Positions 9,601 to 17,299 of a stretch of DNA of 40,086 nt are shown piece by piece. The position numbers and the translations under genes are program-made. The notes under the pieces are model-generated. The model ran no database searches and had not been told where the DNA came from. It was given only the letters and a program-made list of their open reading frames with translations. Location of the stretch: UHGV virus genome UHGV-0038373, one strand, 5' to 3'. Each line of letters begins with the position of its first letter. Position 1 is the first letter of the stretch. This stretch comes from a virus.

Positions 9601-10559
9601 TGTGGGACAATACTAAGTCATTTGTTGGTAATGGTATTAACAAGGTAAAACAAACCATTGGCGATATTATGGACTGGGTAGGTAATCCATTAGACTTGGC
9701 ACGAAATGCAATTATGGGTGCAATGGACTTAGGAGGTCTAACACACGTAGCATTAGACATGGCAAAAGGTTTAGGAACAAAAGCCACAACTGCATTTGCT
9801 GAAAAAGTGAAAGCTTTATTCAAAAAGAAAGAAGAGGAAGAACGTGTTAGTGGTCCTGTAGATGGTAACTGGCGCGCATTGGTCATCAAAGCTTCCAAAG
9901 AAATGGGTGCAAATGCTAGTGAAAGTGAAATCAATGGTATCTTAGCACAGATTCAACGTGAATCAGGCGGTAATGAAAAGATTGTTCAAAGTTCAGCAGT
10001 ATGGGACGTCAACACTGCAAGCGGAAACCCAGCACGGGGTTTACTTCAATATATCCCACAAACGTTTGACGCTTATAAGGTAAAAGGACATGGTAACATT
10101 TATTCAGGTTATGACCAATTACTAGCATTCTTCAACAATACTAACTGGCGTCAAGACTTACCTTATGGCAAATCTGGTTGGGGTCCATCTGGTGGACGCA
10201 TTAGAGGTTATTATAATGGTGGTATTGCAAAAGGTCCACAAATTGCAAAACTTGCTGAAAATGGCTATCCAGAATTTATCATTCCAACTGAACCAGCTAA
10301 ACGAGGAAGAGCAATGACATTGCTTAACCAAGCTAAACAAGCATTAGGAGTGAAGGAAGAACGCAACACACCTAAGCAAGGAACATCAACAGACTTAGCA
10401 ACAGTCATTGCTTTAATGCAACAACAGAACGAATTGTTACAAGCTATCTTAGCCAAAAATACAGATGTGTTATTGGACGGTAAGAAGCTTAACAAGGAAC
10501 TTAACAACCTAAATAATACACAGCAACGGAACAACAGACGTAATTTAGGTTACATTTAA
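6672..10559 (+). CDS. tape measure protein with C-terminal lytic transglycosylase (SLT-like) domain
   Basis: 1295 aa. Coiled-coil N-terminal half, Gly-rich central repeats with TM-like segments, and a C-terminal region with the SLT signature (...AQIQRESGGNEKIVQSSAVWDVNTASGNPARGLLQYIPQTF...). Confidence 0.85.
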   Translation: MVDKVIGNMKFGIGVDGVDQTINTLDKLNKSIKQQESAMKANLSVFDKSGQSIEKLQQKEKDLATATDLQGKKVELLSKKRQDAIAKYGEESNQVKTLTTQLNNASAKYNGMQKDLQKTTADVIKFENGLDKLGQEIKDNAKDFQTQANAMDKAGDKMGALETKQAGLKRQSDLTKQAIAGQENAIQQLTQKFGKNSTEVSKAEQELQGFKKQLNNTDSELDSVSKGMQELGKSSGETSEGLGLASKGLQGLVAGVGMAVATKAIDMISDAVSEVVENINAGIEAVDKFKGAFDWDAESAQAVSRLANQLVAEGYSDDINEVAEAMIRVQNVMGAEGMDDDMLQRMTRNAIAFSKNTGADVNETIRGIGKMMTNFGIDADHAWDLMARGAQMGLDQTDELGDNMAEYSQIFGQAGFTAEQTFDMLQSGLDGGAYNLDKVNDLIKEMAISLTDGRFEDNIGMFSGQTQELFRQWQQGGATQADVIRSMISDFGGMENQYEALNKAGTIWSALGEDNSLQVIRSLNNTSMAYDNVEGAQDAMNNAMSNTTGMDAFKSSLRAVGNEIGISLNPMFGKAADAITNFTEKILPKIEPALKKMWEYAGPILEKLGGYLSTSFEVVGDIMGTVVKYVSEELLPTLMPKIQELGDKLGGLFDKISKFWDEHGETILSGLSFWLEKLTPLFGLALEVVIGFVDAAIGLVDGFFKIIEGLTDVFEGIFNGDWGRIWEGIKKIFWGAIQVIWNWINLSFFGKILSGAAGFGTIFKKGMSTMWAAVKGFFSKGITGIIDDVWRWFSRVTGIGGNLKSGLTGTMKTLWGDIKGVFSRGIDTIVRWFTSLPERLGSAISRGAGHVTGAFKGIFNKVLSAIGGPVNGIIGGANWVLEKFGAPQISKWDVPQYANGTDGHIGGPMVVNDGGGAEMVIAPNGQAMIPKGRNVMMNAPAGTQVLNAKETSMVLGQKGRIPFYKKGTGFMDGVRNMWDNTKSFVGNGINKVKQTIGDIMDWVGNPLDLARNAIMGAMDLGGLTHVALDMAKGLGTKATTAFAEKVKALFKKKEEEERVSGPVDGNWRALVIKASKEMGANASESEINGILAQIQRESGGNEKIVQSSAVWDVNTASGNPARGLLQYIPQTFDAYKVKGHGNIYSGYDQLLAFFNNTNWRQDLPYGKSGWGPSGGRIRGYYNGGIAKGPQIAKLAENGYPEFIIPTEPAKRGRAMTLLNQAKQALGVKEERNTPKQGTSTDLATVIALMQQQNELLQAILAKNTDVLLDGKKLNKELNNLNNTQQRNNRRNLGYI

Positions 10560-10567
10560 AACATTAA

Positions 10568-10605
10568 GGCAACCCCTTTACAAGGGTTGCCTTTTGTGTT
10601 ATAAT
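10568..10605 (+). promoter_or_regulatory. terminator hairpin fused to an extended -10 promoter (TTTTGTGTTATAAT)
   Basis: GGCAACCCC-TTTACAA-GGGTTGCC stem. Its T run merges into TGTGTTATAAT. Confidence 0.55.
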
Positions 10606-10637
10606 ACTAGTATAGTAAATTATAAAGGAGAATGAAA

Positions 10638-12719
10638 ATGGCACAAAACTATGATTTTTTGAGAAGTTTTACATTTGACGGTAAAGAAACAAGTCACCTA
10701 TTTCAGATAGCAAAAGTAAATGTACCCTTTCTGTCAAAAGACAATGATTTTTACACAGTTGGAAATACTGATGGTAAACATTTTAGAAATACTAGATTAG
10801 GTGAATATGCAATATCAATCGACGGTTTCATCATATCAGACAACAGTGGTATGACTGTATCAGAAACTAAAGATGAATTAGTTAAAATTATCAATTCAGA
10901 TGAACCAAAACGACTTATATTGGACCAAATGCCAGATAGATATTTTAACGCAATATTTACAGGCACAGAAGAGTATGACGCTACAGACACAAAGTACACA
11001 CCTTTTACATTAACCTTTGATGTTCCAGATGCACTTGCGCACCAAGTAGAAGCTTCAAATTTTAATAATGTAACAACTAAAAATAGTAATATGGTATTAG
11101 ATTCAAATTTTGAACGCAAAGACCAATATTATAAACCGTGGGCGCAACTTTCACCAGAACAGCTCTTTGGTCAAAATGTATTAAGTTGTGACTTCACCGC
11201 TGGTATTCCAGCCTACTATACAGACAACAGTACACCACACCAAGCATGGTTTTTCTATGACGCATACAATAGACGTATGAACCTAGATTTAGAGGTAGGT
11301 CAGACAGTTGGGTTTCAAGCTAAAGTGCGTATTAACGTAGTAGATAATGAAGTAAGACCAGATAAAACAGCAGAGCTAATTTTAATGGAATGGGCAGACA
11401 ATCCAATTAGAAAAACATATACGCATGTTATACAAATACCTAACGAAGTAAAAGATTGGACATTGTACTTCAAAACAATAACTATCAAAAGTCCAGAAAC
11501 AACTGGATTGTCAATGAACTTTGGTTTGTATGGTGACCATGTGAGCGGTGATATATGCGAACCAATGTTTGCACTTGATACTAAGGCACCAATGACTTAT
11601 CAACCATCATTAATTGAATTAAGAAAAGAATTGAAAGTTGTAAACAACGGAACATATAAAGCATACCCACGCTTTTCATTCAAGATGAATGGTGATAATG
11701 GCATGGTTGGGTTGGTAAACAAAAACGGTGATATTTTACAATTTGGAAACCCAGAAGAGGTTGACTATACAGAACAGACAAGAACAGAAACAGTGCAATG
11801 GTTAGATTTTTGGGGTCCAAACCTACCAGAAAACATGGTACAGAACAGTGGTTTCATTAGTATATACCCTAATTATCTAAACAACCCAGATACACCAAAC
11901 CTAGTTGATGGTACACTAAACATGACAAAAGATGTTGATTCCGTAGTACCAGACTTTACTGGTGAAAAAACAGATGTTTGGCATGGACCAACGGCAGTTG
12001 TACCAATAACTGCACCATCTACAAATGATAGAACATCAGCTTTTGTTGCTAATATACGTTTCATTTTTACAAACTATAAAGACAACCCACCAATGGCACA
12101 TTTAGAATTTATGATTGGTGACACAGCTGGAAACCCAGTAATCAATACATTATTTAGAGATTCATTATACAGTACCAACCATACCATTATGGAATGTTGG
12201 TATATGGGTGAAAAGGTACACGAGTACACATTAAACAAGAAGAAGTTTGGTAATACTAAGCTGGAAATAAACATTGAACGTACTGAAACATATATAAAAT
12301 GGCGCTTAGCAAGTATCAAAGGAATAAATAAATATGATAATGTTGTGGTAGGTGACAACTACATTTTCACATACAATGTTTCTGACAAGTCTAATTTAGA
12401 CAAGTTTGGTTTCTGGTTTAAACAGTATAGTAACTTTAGAGCAAACCAAGTAATGGTTACAGATGCTAAACTACGGTGGCTAAACGTTAAGCACATAAAA
12501 GATGTACGCAACTATTACAAAGATGGTGACTTAGTAGAATTAGACACTTACTCACGTAATGTATACATCAATGGTGCTATCAACAATGAACTGAATGTTG
12601 TTGGTAATCAGTGGGAAGCATTTAGACTTGATGTAGGAGAACATGAAATACTACCTTTCTATTCATCATGGGCGCTACAACCAGAAGTGAATTGCATTTT
12701 AGAACAAACATACCTATAA
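10638..12719 (+). CDS. distal tail protein (Dit), long form with inserted probable carbohydrate-binding domains
   Basis: About 693 aa, immediately after the TMP. N-terminal Dit-like region, with large insertions of the kind seen in 'evolved Dit' proteins. Start at the second ATG, which has better RBS spacing. Confidence 0.65.
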   Translation: MAQNYDFLRSFTFDGKETSHLFQIAKVNVPFLSKDNDFYTVGNTDGKHFRNTRLGEYAISIDGFIISDNSGMTVSETKDELVKIINSDEPKRLILDQMPDRYFNAIFTGTEEYDATDTKYTPFTLTFDVPDALAHQVEASNFNNVTTKNSNMVLDSNFERKDQYYKPWAQLSPEQLFGQNVLSCDFTAGIPAYYTDNSTPHQAWFFYDAYNRRMNLDLEVGQTVGFQAKVRINVVDNEVRPDKTAELILMEWADNPIRKTYTHVIQIPNEVKDWTLYFKTITIKSPETTGLSMNFGLYGDHVSGDICEPMFALDTKAPMTYQPSLIELRKELKVVNNGTYKAYPRFSFKMNGDNGMVGLVNKNGDILQFGNPEEVDYTEQTRTETVQWLDFWGPNLPENMVQNSGFISIYPNYLNNPDTPNLVDGTLNMTKDVDSVVPDFTGEKTDVWHGPTAVVPITAPSTNDRTSAFVANIRFIFTNYKDNPPMAHLEFMIGDTAGNPVINTLFRDSLYSTNHTIMECWYMGEKVHEYTLNKKKFGNTKLEINIERTETYIKWRLASIKGINKYDNVVVGDNYIFTYNVSDKSNLDKFGFWFKQYSNFRANQVMVTDAKLRWLNVKHIKDVRNYYKDGDLVELDTYSRNVYINGAINNELNVVGNQWEAFRLDVGEHEILPFYSSWALQPEVNCILEQTYL

Positions 12720-12722
12720 CAT

Positions 12723-12760
12723 ACAAAGGGGTTTACACCCCTTTGTTTTTGTGTTATAAT
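12723..12760 (+). promoter_or_regulatory. terminator hairpin fused to an extended -10 promoter (TTTTTGTGTTATAAT)
   Basis: CAAAGGGGT-TTAC-ACCCCTTTG stem, T run, then TGTGTTATAAT. Confidence 0.55.
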
Positions 12761-12789
12761 GAGTATATAAATATTTAGGAGGTAATAGT

Positions 12790-14847
12790 ATGGACTTTTA
12801 CATTACAGATAGGACATTTAAGTTACTAGATATTGTATCAACTAGTGGTGGTACTCAATTCAAAGTAACATCAACAGAGGATACAATAAGTTTAGCAACT
12901 GCAAGTAGACGTATGAGCCTAGATGTATCATTTACACCAGAAACAAGCGCACTTGCTAAAGATGTGTTCAAAGTTGGTAACTATGTTTTGTATAAAGACT
13001 TAAATGGTAAGCACGAATGGATGACAATTTTAGAATCAACACACAATCCATTGACACAAACACGTAGTATGGAATTGGAAGATGCTTCACTGGACCTTTT
13101 AAACCAACATGTTGGTAAACATAAGGAAACAAAAGCATTCCCTATTAAATACTATATTGAAATATTTACATTAAGTAGTGGTTTCAAAGTTGGTATAAAT
13201 GAAATATCTGGACTAACTAGAGCGTTGGAATGGGATTCAGGAGCAACAGCATTGGAACGTATCCAATCAGTAGCAACCCAATTTGATAATGCAGAACTTG
13301 ATTTTAGATTCACATTTAAAGGTAATGAATTAACAGGTAGATATATTGATATTAAGAAGAAGCGTGGTACAGATGAAGTACACACACTTTATGTTAATAA
13401 AGATATTAACTCAATAACCACTAAAGAAGATATTTACCAACTGGTTAATGCAATAAAACCAATTGGTGGGATTCCAGAAGGCAAAGAAGAACCCGTTGAC
13501 TTAGTTGGTTATAACTGGGTAGACCCTAATGGTCGTTTTTACTTAGATAAGGCAACTGGGTATATTTACGACAAAGAGAATGTTAAGCACTGGTCAAGAA
13601 CGCACAACGAATCAAACTATTTTCAACAACAATTAGAGTTTGAAACAACAGCACAAAACAAGTTGCGTGACTATGCAGTTAAACATCTAAAAGATTATGG
13701 AAAACCACTGGTTGCATATGAAGTTGACATTGCCAATATACCTTACAATTTACAAGTTGGTGACTATATTAAGTTAGTAGATGAAAACGAAAAGTTATAT
13801 CTAAAATCACGTGTTCAAGAATTGAAGTATGATTATACAACAGACAGTGTTGAAGCACAACTAAGTGATTTCGTTGTTTTAGAATCAGGTATTAATGATG
13901 ATTTAAGAAAGTTAGCTGACCAAATAAATAATAAAGTTAGAAGTATACCGCGTGTATTTGTACAAGAAGAACCGCCAGTAAACCCAAAACAAGGTGATAT
14001 GTGGTGGGTTGTTGATGGAACAGTACCGCAACCAACCATAGCAAGACTAGGTGACTATGAAATACGTGAAGTAAAAGAGAACCCAAAAATCGCTTCGTAT
14101 AAAGTTTGGGACGATTTAAAAACAGAATGGGTTGAACAAACAATTGACCAAGCTGTGCTAAACATTGAAACATTAAACGCTATCACAATGAACGGTTCTA
14201 CAATCAATGGTTCTGAATTTTTGAATACATTTAAAGCAACAGTAGCTGGTGAACAATTAGAAGGCGTATCAACAGTTGCTGGCGGTGAAATGGAAATTGA
14301 ATACAAGAACTTAACAACAAATAGAACAGGTTCAACAAGGTTGTTTTCACAAGGCTTTGACGGAAGAGTGCTAAACACTGATGGGTCAATTAATCAATAT
14401 GTAAGTTTAACACCAGCTGGTCTATCATTACAAGATTCATCTGGTCACAGCGGTTTCTTAACTGCTGAATTAGTAATGCAATTTGCAAACACTGGACGTA
14501 AACTATACAATGGTCCATCATGGGTTGGTGAAAATGATGTTATAAAACCATCTCTTACTATGAGTGAGGTTGCAGTAGGTTGGCTTTTTCTTTGGCAACC
14601 GTATGATACCACAAATGGAAACCCCCTAACATGGGACTATACTTATTTTCTAGTTCCAAAGGCACATGCTAATTATAATAATGGTAAAGGTATTGTTATG
14701 AGACTACAAGGTGCCTCCACTGGTGGCGGTGCAGATGATATTATATTTAAATATGTCTATGTTAGTAATAGTGAAATAAAAGGTAGAATACAAAACAGAC
14801 AGGGTAACGGCGCTAAATGGGTACTAACAGCAGTGTTTTCAGTATAG
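12790..14847 (+). CDS. tail-associated protein (Tal) / baseplate protein, with probable C-terminal receptor-binding region
   Basis: 685 aa. 'MDFYITDRTFKLLDIVST' N-terminus typical of siphovirus Tal/gp21-like proteins. Sits after Dit. Confidence 0.65.
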   Translation: MDFYITDRTFKLLDIVSTSGGTQFKVTSTEDTISLATASRRMSLDVSFTPETSALAKDVFKVGNYVLYKDLNGKHEWMTILESTHNPLTQTRSMELEDASLDLLNQHVGKHKETKAFPIKYYIEIFTLSSGFKVGINEISGLTRALEWDSGATALERIQSVATQFDNAELDFRFTFKGNELTGRYIDIKKKRGTDEVHTLYVNKDINSITTKEDIYQLVNAIKPIGGIPEGKEEPVDLVGYNWVDPNGRFYLDKATGYIYDKENVKHWSRTHNESNYFQQQLEFETTAQNKLRDYAVKHLKDYGKPLVAYEVDIANIPYNLQVGDYIKLVDENEKLYLKSRVQELKYDYTTDSVEAQLSDFVVLESGINDDLRKLADQINNKVRSIPRVFVQEEPPVNPKQGDMWWVVDGTVPQPTIARLGDYEIREVKENPKIASYKVWDDLKTEWVEQTIDQAVLNIETLNAITMNGSTINGSEFLNTFKATVAGEQLEGVSTVAGGEMEIEYKNLTTNRTGSTRLFSQGFDGRVLNTDGSINQYVSLTPAGLSLQDSSGHSGFLTAELVMQFANTGRKLYNGPSWVGENDVIKPSLTMSEVAVGWLFLWQPYDTTNGNPLTWDYTYFLVPKAHANYNNGKGIVMRLQGASTGGGADDIIFKYVYVSNSEIKGRIQNRQGNGAKWVLTAVFSV

Positions 14848-15149
14848 AAAGGGTGATATTATTGAAAATTTGGATTAATGACAGAGTTGGTTTCTTAACA
14901 GGTTATTCAACAGAACCAAACGAAGGACAAATTTCCGTTGACATTGATATTAGAACGGCAAACTCTATGCAAGGTGGGTTGATTGACTTTCATAATTATT
15001 ACTATGATGGAAAAGAATTGACCAGAAATACAAATAATACTTTCCAAAAGTTTTTAGATGAAGAAGCAAATAAACCACCAGAACCAACTAAAGAAGAAAT
15101 GGCTGAAAGACTAGCAAAATTAGAAGCATTACTTTCTGATTTACTATAG
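14817..15149 (+). CDS. hypothetical protein with C-terminal coiled coil; start uncertain
   Basis: ORF overlapping the Tal stop. A true start may lie downstream, near 14853-14865. Followed by a terminator at 15153-15183. Confidence 0.4.
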   Translation: MGTNSSVFSIERVILLKIWINDRVGFLTGYSTEPNEGQISVDIDIRTANSMQGGLIDFHNYYYDGKELTRNTNNTFQKFLDEEANKPPEPTKEEMAERLAKLEALLSDLL

Positions 15150-15152
15150 TTA

Positions 15153-15183
15153 AAAACACCTCTTTTCAGAGGTGTTTTTATTT
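15153..15183 (+). terminator. rho-independent terminator
   Basis: AAAACACCTCT-TTTC-AGAGGTGTTTT plus a T run. Confidence 0.65.
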
Positions 15184-15185
15184 GG

Positions 15186-15246
15186 ATTTTAATGTACAAA
15201 CACCTTACTTTCAATCTGAAAAGCGATTAGAATCGTCCTGTGAAGC
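15186..15246 (+). repeat. imperfect direct repeat A1, about 85% identical to 16956-17016; flanks the lysis cassette
   Basis: TAATGTACAAACACCTTACTTTCAATCTGAAAAGCGATTAGAATCGTCCTGTGAAGCA compared with TAATGTATAATCACCTTACTTTTCATCTGAAACGCGCTTATAATGCTCCTATGAAACA. Contains a promoter-like TTACTT-N17-TAGAAT / TATAAT. Confidence 0.6.
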
Positions 15247-15326
15247 ACACTATTTCCCTTATTTAAATGCTATACTATAATAGTAGCTGAAAGGCGGTGA
15301 TTATAATAAGATAGGGAGATGTAGGC

Positions 15327-15572
15327 ATGGAAGATAAGGACTTTATGGAAATAAAAGTGCAACTAGCTAGAATTGAATCAAACTTGGAAGGTATTCCAGA
15401 TTTGAAAAATGAATTAAAGGCAAACAATAATTTATTGAGTGAAACCCATCACCGTTCAATTCAAAATGAGAAAGACATTGCTAGTATAAATGACCGTTTA
15501 ACTTGGCTAACACGCACAGTATCAGGGGCAATCATTGTTGCTGTTATTGGTGCTATTATAACTATATTATAA
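15327..15572 (+). CDS. XhlA-like lysis-associated membrane protein (coiled coil plus C-terminal TM)
   Basis: 81 aa, N-terminal coiled coil, single C-terminal TM (VSGAIIVAVIGAIITIL). Immediately upstream of the holin and endolysin. Confidence 0.5.
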   Translation: MEDKDFMEIKVQLARIESNLEGIPDLKNELKANNNLLSETHHRSIQNEKDIASINDRLTWLTRTVSGAIIVAVIGAIITIL

Positions 15573-15586
15573 GGAGAGTGTTAAAT

Positions 15587-15820
15587 ATGGATTGGAAAAC
15601 ACGTATTAAAAACAAAGCGTTCTGGATTGCTTTAATTCCAGCAGTAATTGTTCTGATTCAAGTTGTGGGAAACATTTTTGGATTAGACTTATCAAACCTA
15701 ACTGGTTTGAGTCAACAACTAATTGACGTGGTTAATGCTGTATTCGTTGTGTTAAGTATTTTAGGGGTAGTTATAGACCCAACCACAAAAGGTATTAAAG
15801 ACAATAAGGAGGACAAATAA
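15587..15820 (+). CDS. holin (phage_holin_1 / LC3-like); track ORF 15503-15820
   Basis: ATG at 15587 with an AAGGAGAG RBS. 'MDWKTRIKNKAFWIALI' N-terminus, two TM segments and a charged C-terminus, typical of LC3/r1t-type holins. Confidence 0.65.
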   Translation: MDWKTRIKNKAFWIALIPAVIVLIQVVGNIFGLDLSNLTGLSQQLIDVVNAVFVVLSILGVVIDPTTKGIKDNKEDK

Positions 15821-15822
15821 GT

Positions 15823-16920
15823 ATGAAATTAAAAGGTATTTTATTTGGTGCATTAGCAACCATTGGTTTGTTTGCTGGAATGCAAACAGCTAACGCATAT
15901 GAAGTTAATAATGAGTTCAATTTAAGCCCTTGGGAAGGTTCAGGACAGGTTGCAGTACCTAATAAGATTATCTTACATGAAACTGCTAACGAACGTGCCA
16001 CAGGACGAAATGAAGCAACGTACATGAAAAATAACTGGTTTAATGCACATACAACAGCTATCATTGGTGACGGTGGTATTGTTTACAAAATTGCACCAGA
16101 AGGTAACGTTTCATGGGGTGCTGGTAATGCAAACCCATATGCACCTATTCAAATTGAGTTGCAACATACACATGATAAAGAGCTGTTCAAAAAGAACTAT
16201 AAAGCATACATTGATTATACAAGGGACATGGGTAAAAAGTTTGGTATTCCTATGACACTTGACCAAGGAACTTCTGTTTGGGAAAAAGGTGTTATCTCTC
16301 ATAAATGGGTATCAGATTATGTTTGGGGTGACCACACAGACCCATATGGTTACTTAGCAGAAATGGGAATCAGTAAAGCGCAACTTGCTAAAGACTTAGC
16401 CAATGGGGTATCTGGTGAATCAGTAAAACCAACACCAAGCAAACCAAAGACATTCAAAAAAGGTCAAAATGTTTACATTTATAATGGTCACAACTCACAC
16501 AATGGACCAGTGGTACCATTCGTAGCTGGTGCAAGTCTTTGGACCCAAGTTGGTACAATTACAGAAGTGAAACAAGGTGCAGTCAATCCGTATAAGATTG
16601 AAAACAGTGGTAAATTTGTAACATATGCTAACGCTGGCGACTTAGAGGACCTTAACACTAAGTTCCCACCAAAACCAAGTAAACCAGTTAATCAGTTTAC
16701 AATTGGTGTTGATGCTATTATTTTACGTAGTGGACGACCAAGCGTATATGCGCCAGTATATGGAACATGGAAACAAGGTGCAGTATTCAAGTATGATGAA
16801 ATCACAGTTGGTGATGGTTATGTGTGGATTGGTGGAACAGACACTAATGGTACACGTATTTACTTACCAATTGGACCAAATGACGGAGACCCCAACAACA
16901 CGTGGGGTACATTAGTATAA
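15823..16920 (+). CDS. endolysin: N-acetylmuramoyl-L-alanine amidase (Amidase_2/PGRP-like) with an N-terminal Sec signal peptide and C-terminal SH3b-like binding domains
   Basis: N-terminus MKLKGILFGALATIGLFAGMQTANA|YE is a signal peptide with an AxA site. Catalytic region ILHETAN...NAHTTAIIGDGGIVYKI...NANPYAPIQIELQH. C-terminal GYVWIGGTDTNGTRIYLPIG SH3_5-like motif. Confidence 0.8.
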   Translation: MKLKGILFGALATIGLFAGMQTANAYEVNNEFNLSPWEGSGQVAVPNKIILHETANERATGRNEATYMKNNWFNAHTTAIIGDGGIVYKIAPEGNVSWGAGNANPYAPIQIELQHTHDKELFKKNYKAYIDYTRDMGKKFGIPMTLDQGTSVWEKGVISHKWVSDYVWGDHTDPYGYLAEMGISKAQLAKDLANGVSGESVKPTPSKPKTFKKGQNVYIYNGHNSHNGPVVPFVAGASLWTQVGTITEVKQGAVNPYKIENSGKFVTYANAGDLEDLNTKFPPKPSKPVNQFTIGVDAIILRSGRPSVYAPVYGTWKQGAVFKYDEITVGDGYVWIGGTDTNGTRIYLPIGPNDGDPNNTWGTLV

Positions 16921-16924
16921 AACA

Positions 16925-16952
16925 AAAAGACACCCTATATAGGGTGTCTTTA
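16925..16952 (+). terminator. rho-independent terminator after endolysin
   Basis: AAAGACACCCTATATAGGGTGTCTTT plus a T run. Confidence 0.65.
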
Positions 16953-16955
16953 TTT

Positions 16956-17016
16956 GCTTTTTAATGTATAATCACCTTACTTTTCATCTGAAACGCGCTT
17001 ATAATGCTCCTATGAA
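16956..17016 (+). repeat. imperfect direct repeat A2 (pairs with 15186-15246)
   Basis: See repeat A1. Lies in the convergent region between the endolysin (+) and the NrdH-like gene (-). Confidence 0.6.
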
Positions 17017-17237
17017 ACAATGGTTTCCAAGATATTTGGTGCATATCCGCCTGCAACAAGCAATTCATTACCTTTAAACACAACAGGTAATGAACGTAAT
17101 CCACAAAGCATTAAATATTCTAAATGCTCTGGTTCTTCGTCAATGTTGCGTTCTTGATAGTTAACACCCAACTCCTGTAGTTTACGTTTGGTCATTTTGC
17201 ATGGGAAACAATTATTTTTAGTATATACTGTAATCAT
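17010..17237 (-). CDS. NrdH/glutaredoxin-like redoxin
   Basis: 75 aa, N-terminal 'VYTKNNCFPCKMTKRKL' CxxC thioredoxin-fold motif, size and layout of NrdH-type redoxins. Confidence 0.55.
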   Translation of the reverse strand: MITVYTKNNCFPCKMTKRKLQELGVNYQERNIDEEPEHLEYLMLCGLRSLPVVFKGNELLVAGGYAPNILETIVS

Positions 17238-17299
17238 TTAAATTCCTCCTATTTATTGATAGGTAAATTATAACACCTTACCTATCAATTGTCAACACT

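Noticed and set aside
7214-10534. Several minus-strand ORFs (60-160 aa) inside the tape measure gene
   Set aside because: All antisense to the TMP. Ser/Pro/Ala-rich, mirroring TMP Gly/Ala codons. No RBS.
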